DNA of 56,124 nt from a virus. Its lineage: Duplodnaviria > Caudoviricetes. The notes under the pieces are model-generated. The model was not told the origin of the DNA, made no database searches, and saw nothing but the letters and a program-made list of their open reading frames with translations. Positions 36,304 through 45,128 of the stretch are shown one piece after another. Position numbers and translations under genes: made by a program. The first letter of the stretch is position 1. Each line of letters opens with the position of its first letter. The stretch is from IMG/VR virus record IMGVR_UViG_3300038749_000008, positions 1-56,124 of that record. One strand, given 5' to 3'.

Positions 36304-37533
36304 CTATTCGGCAGCGTCCGCGGAGCCTTCGGCCTTCACATCGGCGCCACCAGCGCCTGCGTCCAGCTGATCGGCGTTCGCCGCTTCGGCGACCGGAGGA
36401 ACATGCTTGCCGAAAGCGATGACGCCCTGCCGAATCTCGGCGCGGATTTCATCCTCGCCTTCATGCGGCAGGCGCCAAAGCACGAGACCGGCGAAGATGC
36501 GAAGTCGGGCGGAAATCCACTTCGCGACGATAGCGAAGCCCGCCTCGATGCCCTCGCCGACCTCGATGCCCTCGCCGACCTCGATGCCCCAGCCGACCTC
36601 GATGCCCCAGCCGACCTTGATGCCCTTGCCGACCTCGATGCCCTCGCCGACCTCGATGCCCCAGCCGACCTCGATGCCCTCGCCGACCTCGATGCCCCAG
36701 CCGACCTTGATGCCCCAGCCGACCTTGATGCCCTTGCCGACCTTGATGCCCCAGCCGACCTCGATGCCCTCGCCGACCTCGATGCCCTCGCCGACCTCGA
36801 TGCCCTCGCCGACCTCGATGCCCTCGCCGACCTCGATGCCCTCGCCGACCTCGATGCCCTCGCCGACCTCGATGCCCTCGCCGACCTTGATGCCCTTGCC
36901 GACCTTGATGCCCTCGCCGACCTCGATGCCCTTGCCGACCTCGATGCCCTCGCCGACCTCGATGCCCTCGCCGACCTCGATGCCCCAGCCGACCTTGATG
37001 CCCCAGCCGACCTTGATGCCCTTGCCGACCTTGATGCCCTCGCCGACCTCGATGCCCTCGCCGACCTCGATGCCCTCGCCGACCTCGATGCCCTCGCCGA
37101 CCTCGATGCCCCAGCCGACCTTGATGCCCTCGCCGACCTCGATGCCCCAGCCGACCTTGATGCCCTTGCCGACCTCGATGCCCCAGCCGACCTTGATGCC
37201 CCAGCCGACCTCGATGCCCTTGCCGACCTTGATGCCCTCGCCGACCTCGATGCCCTTGCCGACCTTGATGCCCTCGCCGACCTCGATGCCCTCGCCGACC
37301 TCGATGCCCCAGCCGACCTCGATGCCCTTGCCGACCTCGATGCCCTTGCCGACCTCGATGCCGGAGCCTTCCTTGGCCCATATATAATGTGCGGCCTTGA
37401 GCCCGGCCTTGAACTTCACCCAACCGAGATCGGCTTCGATCTCGATGGCGCCCTGGAAGTCGGTTACGTCTGCCTCGCCGACATATTCGTTGTCGGCATT
37501 CAGCATCTCCTTGGTAATCAGCAGTTTTTCCAT
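36304..37533 (-). CDS. Hexapeptide-repeat (GI[E/K]VG[E/K/W]) beta-solenoid protein, 409 aa
   Basis: RBS AAAGGA before ATG; unique N- and C-caps flank 46 repeats; co-oriented with the operon. Confidence 0.85.
   Translation of the reverse strand: MEKLLITKEMLNADNEYVGEADVTDFQGAIEIEADLGWVKFKAGLKAAHYIWAKEGSGIEVGKGIEVGKGIEVGWGIEVGEGIEVGEGIKVGKGIEVGEGIKVGKGIEVGWGIKVGWGIEVGKGIKVGWGIEVGEGIKVGWGIEVGEGIEVGEGIEVGEGIEVGEGIKVGKGIKVGWGIKVGWGIEVGEGIEVGEGIEVGKGIEVGEGIKVGKGIKVGEGIEVGEGIEVGEGIEVGEGIEVGEGIEVGEGIEVGEGIEVGWGIKVGKGIKVGWGIKVGWGIEVGEGIEVGWGIEVGEGIEVGKGIKVGWGIEVGWGIEVGEGIEVGEGIEAGFAIVAKWISARLRIFAGLVLWRLPHEGEDEIRAEIRQGVIAFGKHVPPVAEAANADQLDAGAGGADVKAEGSADAAE
36535..37362 (-). repeat. 46 x 18-bp tandem array GGC ATC RAG GTC GGC (GAG/AAG/TGG)
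   Basis: 828 bp = 46 units; only codons 3 and 6 vary except in the final degenerate GIEAGF unit. Confidence 0.97.
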
Positions 37534-37575
37534 GATCTCATTTCCTTTGAGGGGTTCTGGGGACGCGTACTGACT

Positions 37576-39840
37576 TCAGGCGGAAGCCGCCCTTAACGAA
37601 TTCATCTCTTTGGATTTCGGCTTCTTCGGCGCTGCGTCGCCGCAGATCGCAAGCGCGCAGGCCGTCATCTGCCTGACCGACACCGCGTTGCCGATCTGCT
37701 TCACCTGCTCTGTCTTCGTGCCGGAGAAGATGTATTCCTCGAAACCCATCGCAGCTGCGAGCTCATGCGGTTCGAACATGCGGAAAAGCACGTCGTATTC
37801 GCGGGTGGCGGGAACTTCGACGCCCTCAACGAGGTTCACATGCCCGGTCGCGGTGATCGCCGGCGCAGGTCCGTTTACATCGTGAACGCGCGGCGCCTGG
37901 CCTTCGCGTTCGCCGAACTGGGCGGTGATGAAAGCAAGCTCGCCCCGGTTCGCACCCGTCACAGTCGGGAGACCGTCGGTGTTCGGGTCCATCGCTCGGT
38001 CGAAACCGTCCGCATGCGTCAGCGGTGTCACGAGGGCAAACTCGCCTCCCTTCGCCGTCGTCATCGTCGGGAGTTGCTGCGTCGCGATATCTCGCGGCTC
38101 CGCACCGCCACGGCTATTCGTGACCGGCACCACCATGCCGAAGCGGTCCTTCGTCGGGATCGTGTCAAGCGGGTCGCTGACCGGCTTGCAGCTTTCGTTC
38201 GCACCGTAATAGGCGGTCACCAGCACCGGGCTGTGAACCGTCGTATTGGTAGGCATCGGATCGATCGTTTCGCGCGGCGCACCCTCGCTGTGCCTCGACA
38301 ACATGAAAGGTTCGACCATCGCATAGGCGACGCCGTCGCCGTGGATGGTTCCGATGGGACTTTCGATGCTGTTGGCGCGGCGGCTGTTCGGGTCGCGCTC
38401 GCTTGCATCGTTGCCATGCGCCACGGTGGCGACGAATGGCTCAACGACAAATCCGGCCCCGCGGCAATCCGGCGTCGGCGCGGGCTCGTCCACTGAATGT
38501 GCCCGCGTGCCGCCGTTGTCGCCGTGCCGGTTGAGGATGAATGGCTCCACGATCATCGGCCGTGCGCAGCCTTGACGTTTCTCCGCCGCTGCGCCGCCGG
38601 TCGTGATCGTGGGTACGGGTTCGTTCGACGAACGAGGTGCGCCGCTATTGTTCGGCGAAAGGATGATCGGCTCGGCAATCCAGACGCCGCCCTTGGTATC
38701 GAGGGTCGGAACCGGCGCTTCGTCGACGCCAGCCGCCTTGTTTCCCTTCCTGCCATTTATGATGACGGGTTGAGCGAGGCCGAGATGCAGGCCGCCCGCC
38801 GCCACGGTCGGGATCGGCCCTTCAATCGAACCCCCATTCGCGTTCCGGCGCAGGGTCACCAGCATCGGAGCGGCGGAACGCCCGCCCTTCGCGAACTCCA
38901 TCGGCGCCAGCCGGAAATGACGAAGCCGCGCCGCGTAGTCGCGCACGAGAGCGCGGCGCTGTCCGCTCTTCTTTCCCGCCGAATGTCTCGCGGCGAAGGC
39001 GCGGCGAAGGTGGTAGAGGAGCGATAGTTCAACGGCGCGCAGGATCACGTCGATGAAGGGCGCGGGCCATTTGAATTTGATCGCCCCGGCGAGAATGCGC
39101 GCCATCGTCTTCGGAGCGAGCGGGATCGGCCGGTCGAGGATCGACTTGCCCGGAATCGACCAGTCGATAATTTCGCGTGCGGGCCGCCAGGGCTTGAGGC
39201 CGGGGAAAAGATCGAGTTTCCCGGGCACCGGCTTGAAATGAGTGATGGCCGGCCAAACGAGGGTCTTTCGGTCCTTCCTCATCATCAGCACGAAACGCTG
39301 GCGTGTCGTCGCCTCGCCATAGTCCGCCGCGTTGAGCTTTCGCCATTCCGGGTCATAGCCGAGACGCCGGACCGTATCGATCCATGCCCGGAAATACTCG
39401 CCCTTGCGCGACGGGATCGGCCTCATGGTCTTTGGGTCGACCGGACCCCAGCCCGTGAACTCCCAGACGTTCTCGACCATCACGCGAGTCACATCGAGCT
39501 CGGTCAGCCAGGTAACGATGTGCCAGGGGTCCGACCTCTGCTGATCGGATGTCGGCTTGCCGCCGCGCGCCACCGAATGATGGGTGCAGGATGGCGATGC
39601 GGTGAGCAGGTCGAGGCGGCCTTCCGGCACCACGATGTGCGGACGAACGCTCGCTATGTCCTCGCAATAGTGCCGGGCGAGCGGGTGGTTCGCCTTGTGC
39701 GTATCGATCGCCACGCCCCAGTGATTGACGCAGACGAGCTCCATGTCGATGCCGAGATCGGCCAAAGCGTTGCGGCAGCCGGTGGAAAATCCGCCGGCGC
39801 CACAGAACAGATCGGCGACAAGGAACCTCTTGCGTGCCAT
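37576..39840 (-). CDS. C5 cytosine DNA methyltransferase with ~10 internal repeats in the target-recognition region
   Basis: 'DLFCGAGG' (I), 'SPSCTHHS' (IV), 'ENV' (VI), 'TTRQRF' (VIII), 'RMFEPHELAAAMGF' (IX), 'QIGNAV' (X). Confidence 0.92.
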   Translation of the reverse strand: MARKRFLVADLFCGAGGFSTGCRNALADLGIDMELVCVNHWGVAIDTHKANHPLARHYCEDIASVRPHIVVPEGRLDLLTASPSCTHHSVARGGKPTSDQQRSDPWHIVTWLTELDVTRVMVENVWEFTGWGPVDPKTMRPIPSRKGEYFRAWIDTVRRLGYDPEWRKLNAADYGEATTRQRFVLMMRKDRKTLVWPAITHFKPVPGKLDLFPGLKPWRPAREIIDWSIPGKSILDRPIPLAPKTMARILAGAIKFKWPAPFIDVILRAVELSLLYHLRRAFAARHSAGKKSGQRRALVRDYAARLRHFRLAPMEFAKGGRSAAPMLVTLRRNANGGSIEGPIPTVAAGGLHLGLAQPVIINGRKGNKAAGVDEAPVPTLDTKGGVWIAEPIILSPNNSGAPRSSNEPVPTITTGGAAAEKRQGCARPMIVEPFILNRHGDNGGTRAHSVDEPAPTPDCRGAGFVVEPFVATVAHGNDASERDPNSRRANSIESPIGTIHGDGVAYAMVEPFMLSRHSEGAPRETIDPMPTNTTVHSPVLVTAYYGANESCKPVSDPLDTIPTKDRFGMVVPVTNSRGGAEPRDIATQQLPTMTTAKGGEFALVTPLTHADGFDRAMDPNTDGLPTVTGANRGELAFITAQFGEREGQAPRVHDVNGPAPAITATGHVNLVEGVEVPATREYDVLFRMFEPHELAAAMGFEEYIFSGTKTEQVKQIGNAVSVRQMTACALAICGDAAPKKPKSKEMNSLRAASA

Positions 39841-40169
39841 CAGCGCTTCGCCTTCCGCGCTTTGGTCCGGGCGGCCTTTGCAGCCTTGCGCTTGCGGGTG
39901 ACGGCCGCTTTCCGCCCGCCCTCGGCCCGGTGTGCGGCCATGGCGGCGGACTTCGCCCGCTCGCGATCCTTGGCGCGCTTCTCGACCTCGCGCGCGACAT
40001 ACCAGGCGGCCTTCTTCAGATCCTCGTCGCTCGCGCCCTTCAAGCCCTCGCGCCAGAGATATTTGATGGCGTTGCCGATGTTGAAGCCGAAGTGTTCGAT
40101 AACGTCGATGCACTCGATGCCTGCGGGATGCGCGTTGTAATGCTGCGGGTGATTGATCGCGTCGGTCAT
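39840..40169 (-). CDS. DUF3310 (SaV-like) protein with basic C-terminal tail
   Basis: 'DAINHPQHYN..GIECIDVI..FNIGNAIKYLWR..DLKKAAWY'. Confidence 0.88.
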   Translation of the reverse strand: MTDAINHPQHYNAHPAGIECIDVIEHFGFNIGNAIKYLWREGLKGASDEDLKKAAWYVAREVEKRAKDRERAKSAAMAAHRAEGGRKAAVTRKRKAAKAARTKARKAKR

Positions 40170-40696
40170 GATGCTCTCCTGAAGGGAATGGGCTGGGTGT
40201 CGGCGGAGACATAAAGCGGATGGCGCGGATGACCGTCCTTGGTGGTGCCAAGGCAATGCGGTTCGCAGCCTGCGCGTTCGATGGCACGCGTAACGACGAA
40301 TGGGCGTTCGCTCTTGCTTGCATTTGTGCCCCAGCCGCAGATGACGCGCGAATTGGGCAACTGCGCGAAAGCGAAGATCTCATTGAGGATGTCGTCGTTA
40401 CGCGGGCCGACCGGATCGCTGGCGCGGGAAAGCGCCGCAGGGTCGGTCGCGCGGAACCCATAGAGATTGCCGACGATCAAACCTTCATTGCCCCAGCACC
40501 GGGCAAAACCCATACAACGGCGGATGGTCGGATCGTCAATGCGCGCGTCGGCGGTCGACGGGTTCAGCATGATGAAAACCGCCCAGCCGCGTCCGATCAT
40601 CCATCGACGGTGAAGCTGATAGCGATAAAGCCCGCATTCGGACAGCACGGCGCCGGAGGATGCAGAAAAGTCCACATGGATCGTGTCGCCGCTCAT
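40166..40696 (-). CDS. DUF1643 family protein
   Basis: 'YRYQLHRRW..FIMLNPSTADA..DDPTIRRC..NLYGFRATDP..P.HPLY'. Confidence 0.9.
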   Translation of the reverse strand: MSGDTIHVDFSASSGAVLSECGLYRYQLHRRWMIGRGWAVFIMLNPSTADARIDDPTIRRCMGFARCWGNEGLIVGNLYGFRATDPAALSRASDPVGPRNDDILNEIFAFAQLPNSRVICGWGTNASKSERPFVVTRAIERAGCEPHCLGTTKDGHPRHPLYVSADTQPIPFRRAS

Positions 40697-40947
40697 GCCG
40701 CACCCCCGAAATAGCGGCTGCGAAGGAACGGCCAGAAGGTGTCGCGGAAACCTTTTGCCCAGGCGAGCGTATAGAGGCCAGTCAGAGCGAGAATGCCCCA
40801 CTGCTGCGCATCGAGCGCTGCGAAGAACCAGAAGGGTTGCCCGATCAGGCCGGCGACGCTTGCCCAGCGGCGAAGGCGAATATCAAGGCAATTGGCAAGG
40901 AAGATCGCCAGAACGCCGAAGAGCGCTATTCCGAGTTGAGGGATCAT
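40693..40947 (-). CDS. Small membrane protein (PnuC-like half-transporter)
   Basis: 'GLIGQPFWFFAA..QQWGIL'; three hydrophobic segments. Confidence 0.65.
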   Translation of the reverse strand: MIPQLGIALFGVLAIFLANCLDIRLRRWASVAGLIGQPFWFFAALDAQQWGILALTGLYTLAWAKGFRDTFWPFLRSRYFGGAA

Positions 40948-41336
40948 GCTCCCTCCCCCAGTGCGCCGATGATTGCGCCGCTCGGGTCGAGGCCTGGCCG
41001 CATATTCGTCTGACCAAGCACGGCCGCGTGCCAGTTCGCTGCCGCCGCCGCTACCGTGATGATGCGATGAAGCTTTGCATCGATCGGCAACATGTCGTTC
41101 GGCGGATTGAAAAGAGCTTTGCCGCCGAGATATCCGATAAGCCAGTACCAGTCGGCGTCGGTCTTTCCGCCGTCGTGTTCCGCGTCCCAGCGTTCCCGCT
41201 GGTGAGCGGCTTCAAGGATGACGCCGCGGCTGAATTCGACGAGCTCGGGCGTGTTGAGCAGCAACTGCAGCCGGGATACCTCTTCCCTCAATGCATCGCG
41301 TTCCGCGACGATGGCCTGCACGTTGGCGTCGTTCAT
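40944..41336 (-). CDS. Hypothetical helical protein (possibly MazG-like)
   Basis: 'EAAHQRERW..HD..DWYWLIGYLGGKA..IITVAAAAANW'. Confidence 0.6.
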   Translation of the reverse strand: MNDANVQAIVAERDALREEVSRLQLLLNTPELVEFSRGVILEAAHQRERWDAEHDGGKTDADWYWLIGYLGGKALFNPPNDMLPIDAKLHRIITVAAAAANWHAAVLGQTNMRPGLDPSGAIIGALGEGA

Positions 41337-41692
41337 GCCGATAACCTCGCGCGAAGACGGACGCCAGCGGCAAGAACGGTTGCCTCGACTTCGCCGACCG
41401 TCCGGCACACGGCAGTTGAAATGCCGCACTCCCTGAGGTCCGCCATGCGCGCCTCCTGGTTCTTGCGCGCGGTGCCACCCTTGGCCTTCATCTCGATGGC
41501 GACGACCGTGCCCGGCGCTATGACGAACACGTCAGGCACACCCGCCTTCACCCCCATCGCCTTCAAGATCGCCGCCTCGACGCGCGTTCGCTTTCCGCCG
41601 TTCGGAACATGGAATGCGAAGGCGGGCGGGATCAGCGCGGCGTCTAGAAATCGCATGGCGGCGATTTGCGTATTTTGCTCTTCGCGGTTCAT
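41333..41692 (-). CDS. VRR-NUC domain nuclease
   Basis: 'FHVPNGGKR..LKAMGVKAGVPDV..IEMK..Q'. Confidence 0.88.
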   Translation of the reverse strand: MNREEQNTQIAAMRFLDAALIPPAFAFHVPNGGKRTRVEAAILKAMGVKAGVPDVFVIAPGTVVAIEMKAKGGTARKNQEARMADLRECGISTAVCRTVGEVEATVLAAGVRLRARLSA

Positions 41693-41985
41693 GCGACACC
41701 TTCCGGCACGAAGGAGTGCAGGCAGGCCCGCTTCAATTCTTCGACGGCGGCGCGTGTATCCTTCGCGGGCCGGAAGCCGTGAGAATGAAAAGTGGCGCTG
41801 GGGCCGAACTCTGAAAGCGCGAAGTGCACCGCGCCTCGGAAGAGGTCGATTTCCGAGATTGTGTAGACCTGTCCGCTCACCGGGGCGAAGTCGGGAGCGC
41901 CCACCTCAAGGCATTGCCATCCTTCATCGGCGATGCACACCACCTTTTGACCCACATAGGCATTGCGCGGCCACCCGATCATCAA
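41689..41985 (-). CDS. Hypothetical protein (SH3-like 'VGQKVVCI..GQVYTI')
   Basis: Coupled in the operon; RBS GGAGAGG. Confidence 0.65.
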   Translation of the reverse strand: MMIGWPRNAYVGQKVVCIADEGWQCLEVGAPDFAPVSGQVYTISEIDLFRGAVHFALSEFGPSATFHSHGFRPAKDTRAAVEELKRACLHSFVPEGVA

Positions 41986-42167
41986 CGCCTCTCCCCATGC
42001 TTCTCACGGTCGTAGGGTTCGATCTTCGCGATGTTGTCCGAGACGACGCACGGCGCCGCGAGCGCGTCGAGACGGCCGGCCAGGCCGTTCCACCACTCCC
42101 CCGCATCGACATGCCAGTTACCGATCGCTCGACAGGCTCTCGCCAGATAAATCAGGATGATCCGCAT
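41982..42167 (-). CDS. Hypothetical protein
   Basis: 61 aa; overlaps neighbouring genes. Confidence 0.45.
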   Translation of the reverse strand: MRIILIYLARACRAIGNWHVDAGEWWNGLAGRLDALAAPCVVSDNIAKIEPYDREKHGERR

Positions 42168-42537
42168 TTCTCTTCCCGTGCCGCCGCGCGAAGTCCGTTC
42201 GTGCGACCAATTGCTCTCGTCCCAGAGCGTTTTTCTTCGCCTCGCGCTCGCAGAGCGCCTCGTATCTCGCCTTGACCCTGAGGTAGTAGGAGTGCGGCGG
42301 CTCGCCCCGCTCCCGGTACCACCAGGCCTTTGCCTCCCGCGCCGTGATGCCCAGCGCATGGGCCGCACGGGCGATGGCGACCTTCACGTTGTCGCCCCAA
42401 CCTTCCGGATTTCCGGCCGCCGACCGCACCATGCGCTGCATGTCGGACAGCACCTGCTCACTCGTAACCTCAAGCACCGCCTGCGATTCCTCGTTGGCGT
42501 CCTGATTTTCCCGATCCGTGGACAACTTTTCCTGCAT
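42118..42537 (-). CDS. CII-position HTH regulator
   Basis: 'NVKVAIARAAHALGITAREAKAWWYRE'; RBS AGGAGAGG; downstream of cro. Confidence 0.65.
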   Translation of the reverse strand: MQEKLSTDRENQDANEESQAVLEVTSEQVLSDMQRMVRSAAGNPEGWGDNVKVAIARAAHALGITAREAKAWWYRERGEPPHSYYLRVKARYEALCEREAKKNALGREQLVARTDFARRHGKRNADHPDLSGESLSSDR

Positions 42538-42710
42538 TCCGGAACGCCTCTCCTGCACATTGGTCCGTGCGGGGAGGTTCTCCGGCTTGTGGATAAGACT
42601 TCACGTGAAACAAATGGACGACATGGACACGGTCATCGGTCATTTGAGGCGCGCGGCGGTCCTGGCAGACGAGGCCGCGCGGCATGACGACAAGGTGGTC
42701 GTGGTGGATT

Positions 42711-43226
42711 TCAAGCATCGGCGGAGGGTTCCTCCTGCCGAGGCTGCGTATCGATTGCACAATCGGCATGACCACGCCGAAGGAAGGTCGGGATCGCCAT
42801 CCCGACGTCCGAAGTGGCGGAAGCCGACGCAGGCGAGCTTCCGCTTTGAATAGGTTCGGTGAGTTGACCCATTTGAATGCCAATGAGCATCTGGCATTCG
42901 GCCAACGATCCGGCCGACACAACGGGTCTCTCTCGCTTAGTAGGATGCTCACCGTCACCCCGTGGAGCCTGGGCCGGATCGGAAATGAAATCCGCGAGTT
43001 GCGAGGATTGGCCGGACCAATGGTCCCCGTCACGGGGCGCGCTTCCGGCCGGCGCTTCATCTTCGCTTGGGCGTGCGTTACCGAGACGCTCGCGGTCGCC
43101 TGGGCGTATCTCCGGAAGCGCGGTCGAAAGGTCGGGCGAAGAGGCGTCAGCGGCCACCTCTTCGCCCTCCGCGATCTCGCCGTTGTGGCGGCGGGATGCG
43201 GAATGGGATGCGAAACGTGCACTCAC
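42711..43226 (-). CDS. Possible disordered hypothetical protein (start uncertain)
   Basis: Open frame with acidic/proline-rich composition and a 'MAIPTFLRR' motif near the end. Confidence 0.35.
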   Translation of the reverse strand: MSARFASHSASRRHNGEIAEGEEVAADASSPDLSTALPEIRPGDRERLGNARPSEDEAPAGSAPRDGDHWSGQSSQLADFISDPAQAPRGDGEHPTKRERPVVSAGSLAECQMLIGIQMGQLTEPIQSGSSPASASATSDVGMAIPTFLRRGHADCAIDTQPRQEEPSADA

Positions 43227-43344
43227 AGATGAATGACGATCGCTTGGCGTGTTGATGACGATGGTGCGGCTGATTTCGACGGGTGCGATATTCCGATAAG
43301 GTCGAACCGTGATCGTCTGACAACGAATCAAACGAGGGACTGAT

Positions 43345-43647
43345 ATGGCCGATGTGGTGGGCGTTCTGGTTCTATTTACATGGGTGAGCTGCGCCATCGC
43401 GGGCGCGGTTGTTGCCGTTAACCGCGGAAACAATGGCGTGGCCGGATTTATCGGCAGCGCTGTTTTCGGCGTGTTCGGCCTGGCGATGGTTGCCTCCGCC
43501 AAGCGCGGTCCGACGATCAATGAAACACGGTGCCCTGCCTGCGCCGAAGTTCTCCGGCGCGAAGCAGTGATCTGCCCACATTGCCGTTCGACCTTCGATG
43601 AGGCCGCCGCCCTGCGCGAATTGCACCGCCCTGGCCAGAAGTCGTAA
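43345..43647 (+). CDS. Membrane protein with C-terminal zinc ribbon (moron)
   Basis: Two TMs then 'CPACAEVLRREAVICPHC'; RBS GAGGGA; antisense to the cro operon. Confidence 0.78.
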   Translation: MADVVGVLVLFTWVSCAIAGAVVAVNRGNNGVAGFIGSAVFGVFGLAMVASAKRGPTINETRCPACAEVLRREAVICPHCRSTFDEAAALRELHRPGQKS

Positions 43648-43689
43648 CGCTGATATGGCGAGCCGAAGGCGCATTCGTTGAGGTGGCAA

Positions 43690-43923
43690 TCAGGCATGGG
43701 CGGCCTCGCCAGATGATGCCCGGAACGCATCATTAGCCTGATATATCAACTCAATCGTGGCGCCGGACATATCCATCACCAGTCGCCAGTGTTTTTCAGG
43801 AATGCCGTTCTGAAGCCATTTCTTGACTGCCCAGCTCGTGAGTTTTGTGCCGCGATTCCGCGCTTCAGCCTCGATCTTCTCGGGGCCGCCACATGATTGG
43901 ATGATGTCTTGAACGGACTGCAT
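43690..43923 (-). CDS. cro: Cro-like repressor
   Basis: 'IIQSCGGPEKI..LTSWAVKKWLQNGIPEKHW'; divergent from cI. Confidence 0.8.
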   Translation of the reverse strand: MQSVQDIIQSCGGPEKIEAEARNRGTKLTSWAVKKWLQNGIPEKHWRLVMDMSGATIELIYQANDAFRASSGEAAHA

Positions 43924-43987
43924 GTTGGGGAATTTAGGGAATTAAAATCCCTTTTGCAAGAAAATTTTTCCCCGGAAAAAACTTCCC
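43924..43987. promoter_or_regulatory. OR region: pR (TTGCAA-N17-TAAATT, leaderless cro) and three 15-bp operators
   Basis: GGGAATTAAAATCCC (43937), AAGAAAATTTTTCCC (43958), CGGAAAAAACTTCCC (43973); consensus GGGAA-N5-TTCCC. Confidence 0.75.
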
Positions 43988-44007
43988 TGCTCAAGCAGGA
44001 TGGGCCA

Positions 44008-44685
44008 ATGGAACATTGGTCAAAACGTCTCGCCAAAGCGCTGAAACTCAGGGGCTGGGATTACCCGGAACTCGCCACGCGATCAGGCGTCAACCTCGAA
44101 AACATCAAAAAATATGCTGGTGGACACGTCGACAATCCACGCGGCGACGCGCCCGAGAAAATTGCCGATGCCTTGCGTGTGCCAGTGGCTTGGTTGATGC
44201 TAAATCAGGGAAAGATGGAGCCCGACCACTTGGGTGAGACAGCCGACCTCCCATCTATTGCCGCCACACCACCAAATTATTTGCCAGTTCGACATCTCGA
44301 GACAAAGGCCGGAATGGGGGGTGGGCAAATTCCCGAAGATGCTTGGGGCGTTCCGCGTTACTTTGAATCTGGTCTCTTAGCTTCCTTGCGCGCCAAACCT
44401 GACGATCTCGGCTCGATGGAGGTTGAAGGGCAGTCGATGGAGGGGATTCTCTTTAGCGGTGACCAGATCCTCTTTAATCGGAAGATGGTGAATGTTTCAG
44501 AACCCGGAATATTTGTTCTTTGGGATGGCGACGGGCTTGTTTGCAAATGGGTTGAGCGTATCCACCGCAGCGAGCCCCCGATGTATCGCATATTCAGCGA
44601 GAATGCTCGGTTCAAAGAGTATTCAATCTTGGCGGAGGAGGCAGTCATTCATGGTCGTGTAATCTGGTTTGCGCGACGCCTTTAA
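44008..44685 (+). CDS. cI: CI-like repressor (HTH + S24 peptidase)
   Basis: HTH 'ELATRSGVNLENIKKY', Ala-Gly site 'KAGMGGG', catalytic 'GQSM' and 'VCKW', end 'IHGRVIWFARRL'. Confidence 0.92.
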   Translation: MEHWSKRLAKALKLRGWDYPELATRSGVNLENIKKYAGGHVDNPRGDAPEKIADALRVPVAWLMLNQGKMEPDHLGETADLPSIAATPPNYLPVRHLETKAGMGGGQIPEDAWGVPRYFESGLLASLRAKPDDLGSMEVEGQSMEGILFSGDQILFNRKMVNVSEPGIFVLWDGDGLVCKWVERIHRSEPPMYRIFSENARFKEYSILAEEAVIHGRVIWFARRL

Positions 44686-45124
44686 GAGCGAATTTACTAA
44701 ATTGGAGAAAACAATTACCGTCCCTGCCACACCACGGCGCGCAGTTAATCTCCGCGCTGAGGAACTACTATACGCAGTTCTACATCTACTACAGCAGTCA
44801 TCGATAGAATGTAGCGCGCACGAATTAAATCCGGGAGAGAATACGACAACGGTGTTGTTTCATGGAATTAAGGACAAGAACGGCGCATGGGACAAAGGCA
44901 GATTCATATTTTTTGATATAAATGGAAAGACTTTTAAGACGCTTACATCTCGCCTGGGTTCGGGGCCATTCCCTCTTCTGATCCAGAAGTCGCGGACATT
45001 GGAAGAAAGTAAAGCCGGCAAGGCCTGTGAGGTGCTCTTCGATGTGGTCGCTCAGCCAAATCCAGATAGATCAGTGACCTTTCATCCCGTGAAAGGACGT
45101 GACGGCAGTCTAGTTTATTTCTAA
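44669..45124 (+). CDS. Hypothetical protein, immunity-region accessory gene (start uncertain)
   Basis: AT-rich 151-codon ORF directly after cI. Confidence 0.55.
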   Translation: MRDAFKSEFTKLEKTITVPATPRRAVNLRAEELLYAVLHLLQQSSIECSAHELNPGENTTTVLFHGIKDKNGAWDKGRFIFFDINGKTFKTLTSRLGSGPFPLLIQKSRTLEESKAGKACEVLFDVVAQPNPDRSVTFHPVKGRDGSLVYF

Positions 45125-45128
45125 TTAT

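Noticed and set aside
36535-37362. Possible CRISPR array or DGR variable region
   Set aside because: Units are contiguous with no unique spacers, there are no cas genes, and no reverse transcriptase or template/variable repeat pair is present.
35896-37596. + strand 566-aa (LDALAD)n ORF and other-frame ORFs (PTSMPS)n and (GHRGRR)n across the 18-bp array
   Set aside because: The repeat unit lacks stops in five of six frames, so these are shadows. Only the minus-strand GIEVG frame has an RBS, sensible caps and operon orientation.
39841-40461. N-terminal 200-aa extension of the C5 methyltransferase ORF (961 aa in the track)
   Set aside because: Overlaps the DUF3310 and DUF1643 genes in other frames; motif I begins right after ATG 39840, which is coupled to the upstream stop.
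40683-42275. + strand 530-aa ORF
   Set aside because: Antisense to five coupled minus-strand genes; low-complexity Arg/Pro-rich translation.
43897-44007. 37-aa N-terminal extension of cI in the ORF track
   Set aside because: It overlaps the cro start and the operator region; ATG 44008 has an RBS and begins the HTH domain.
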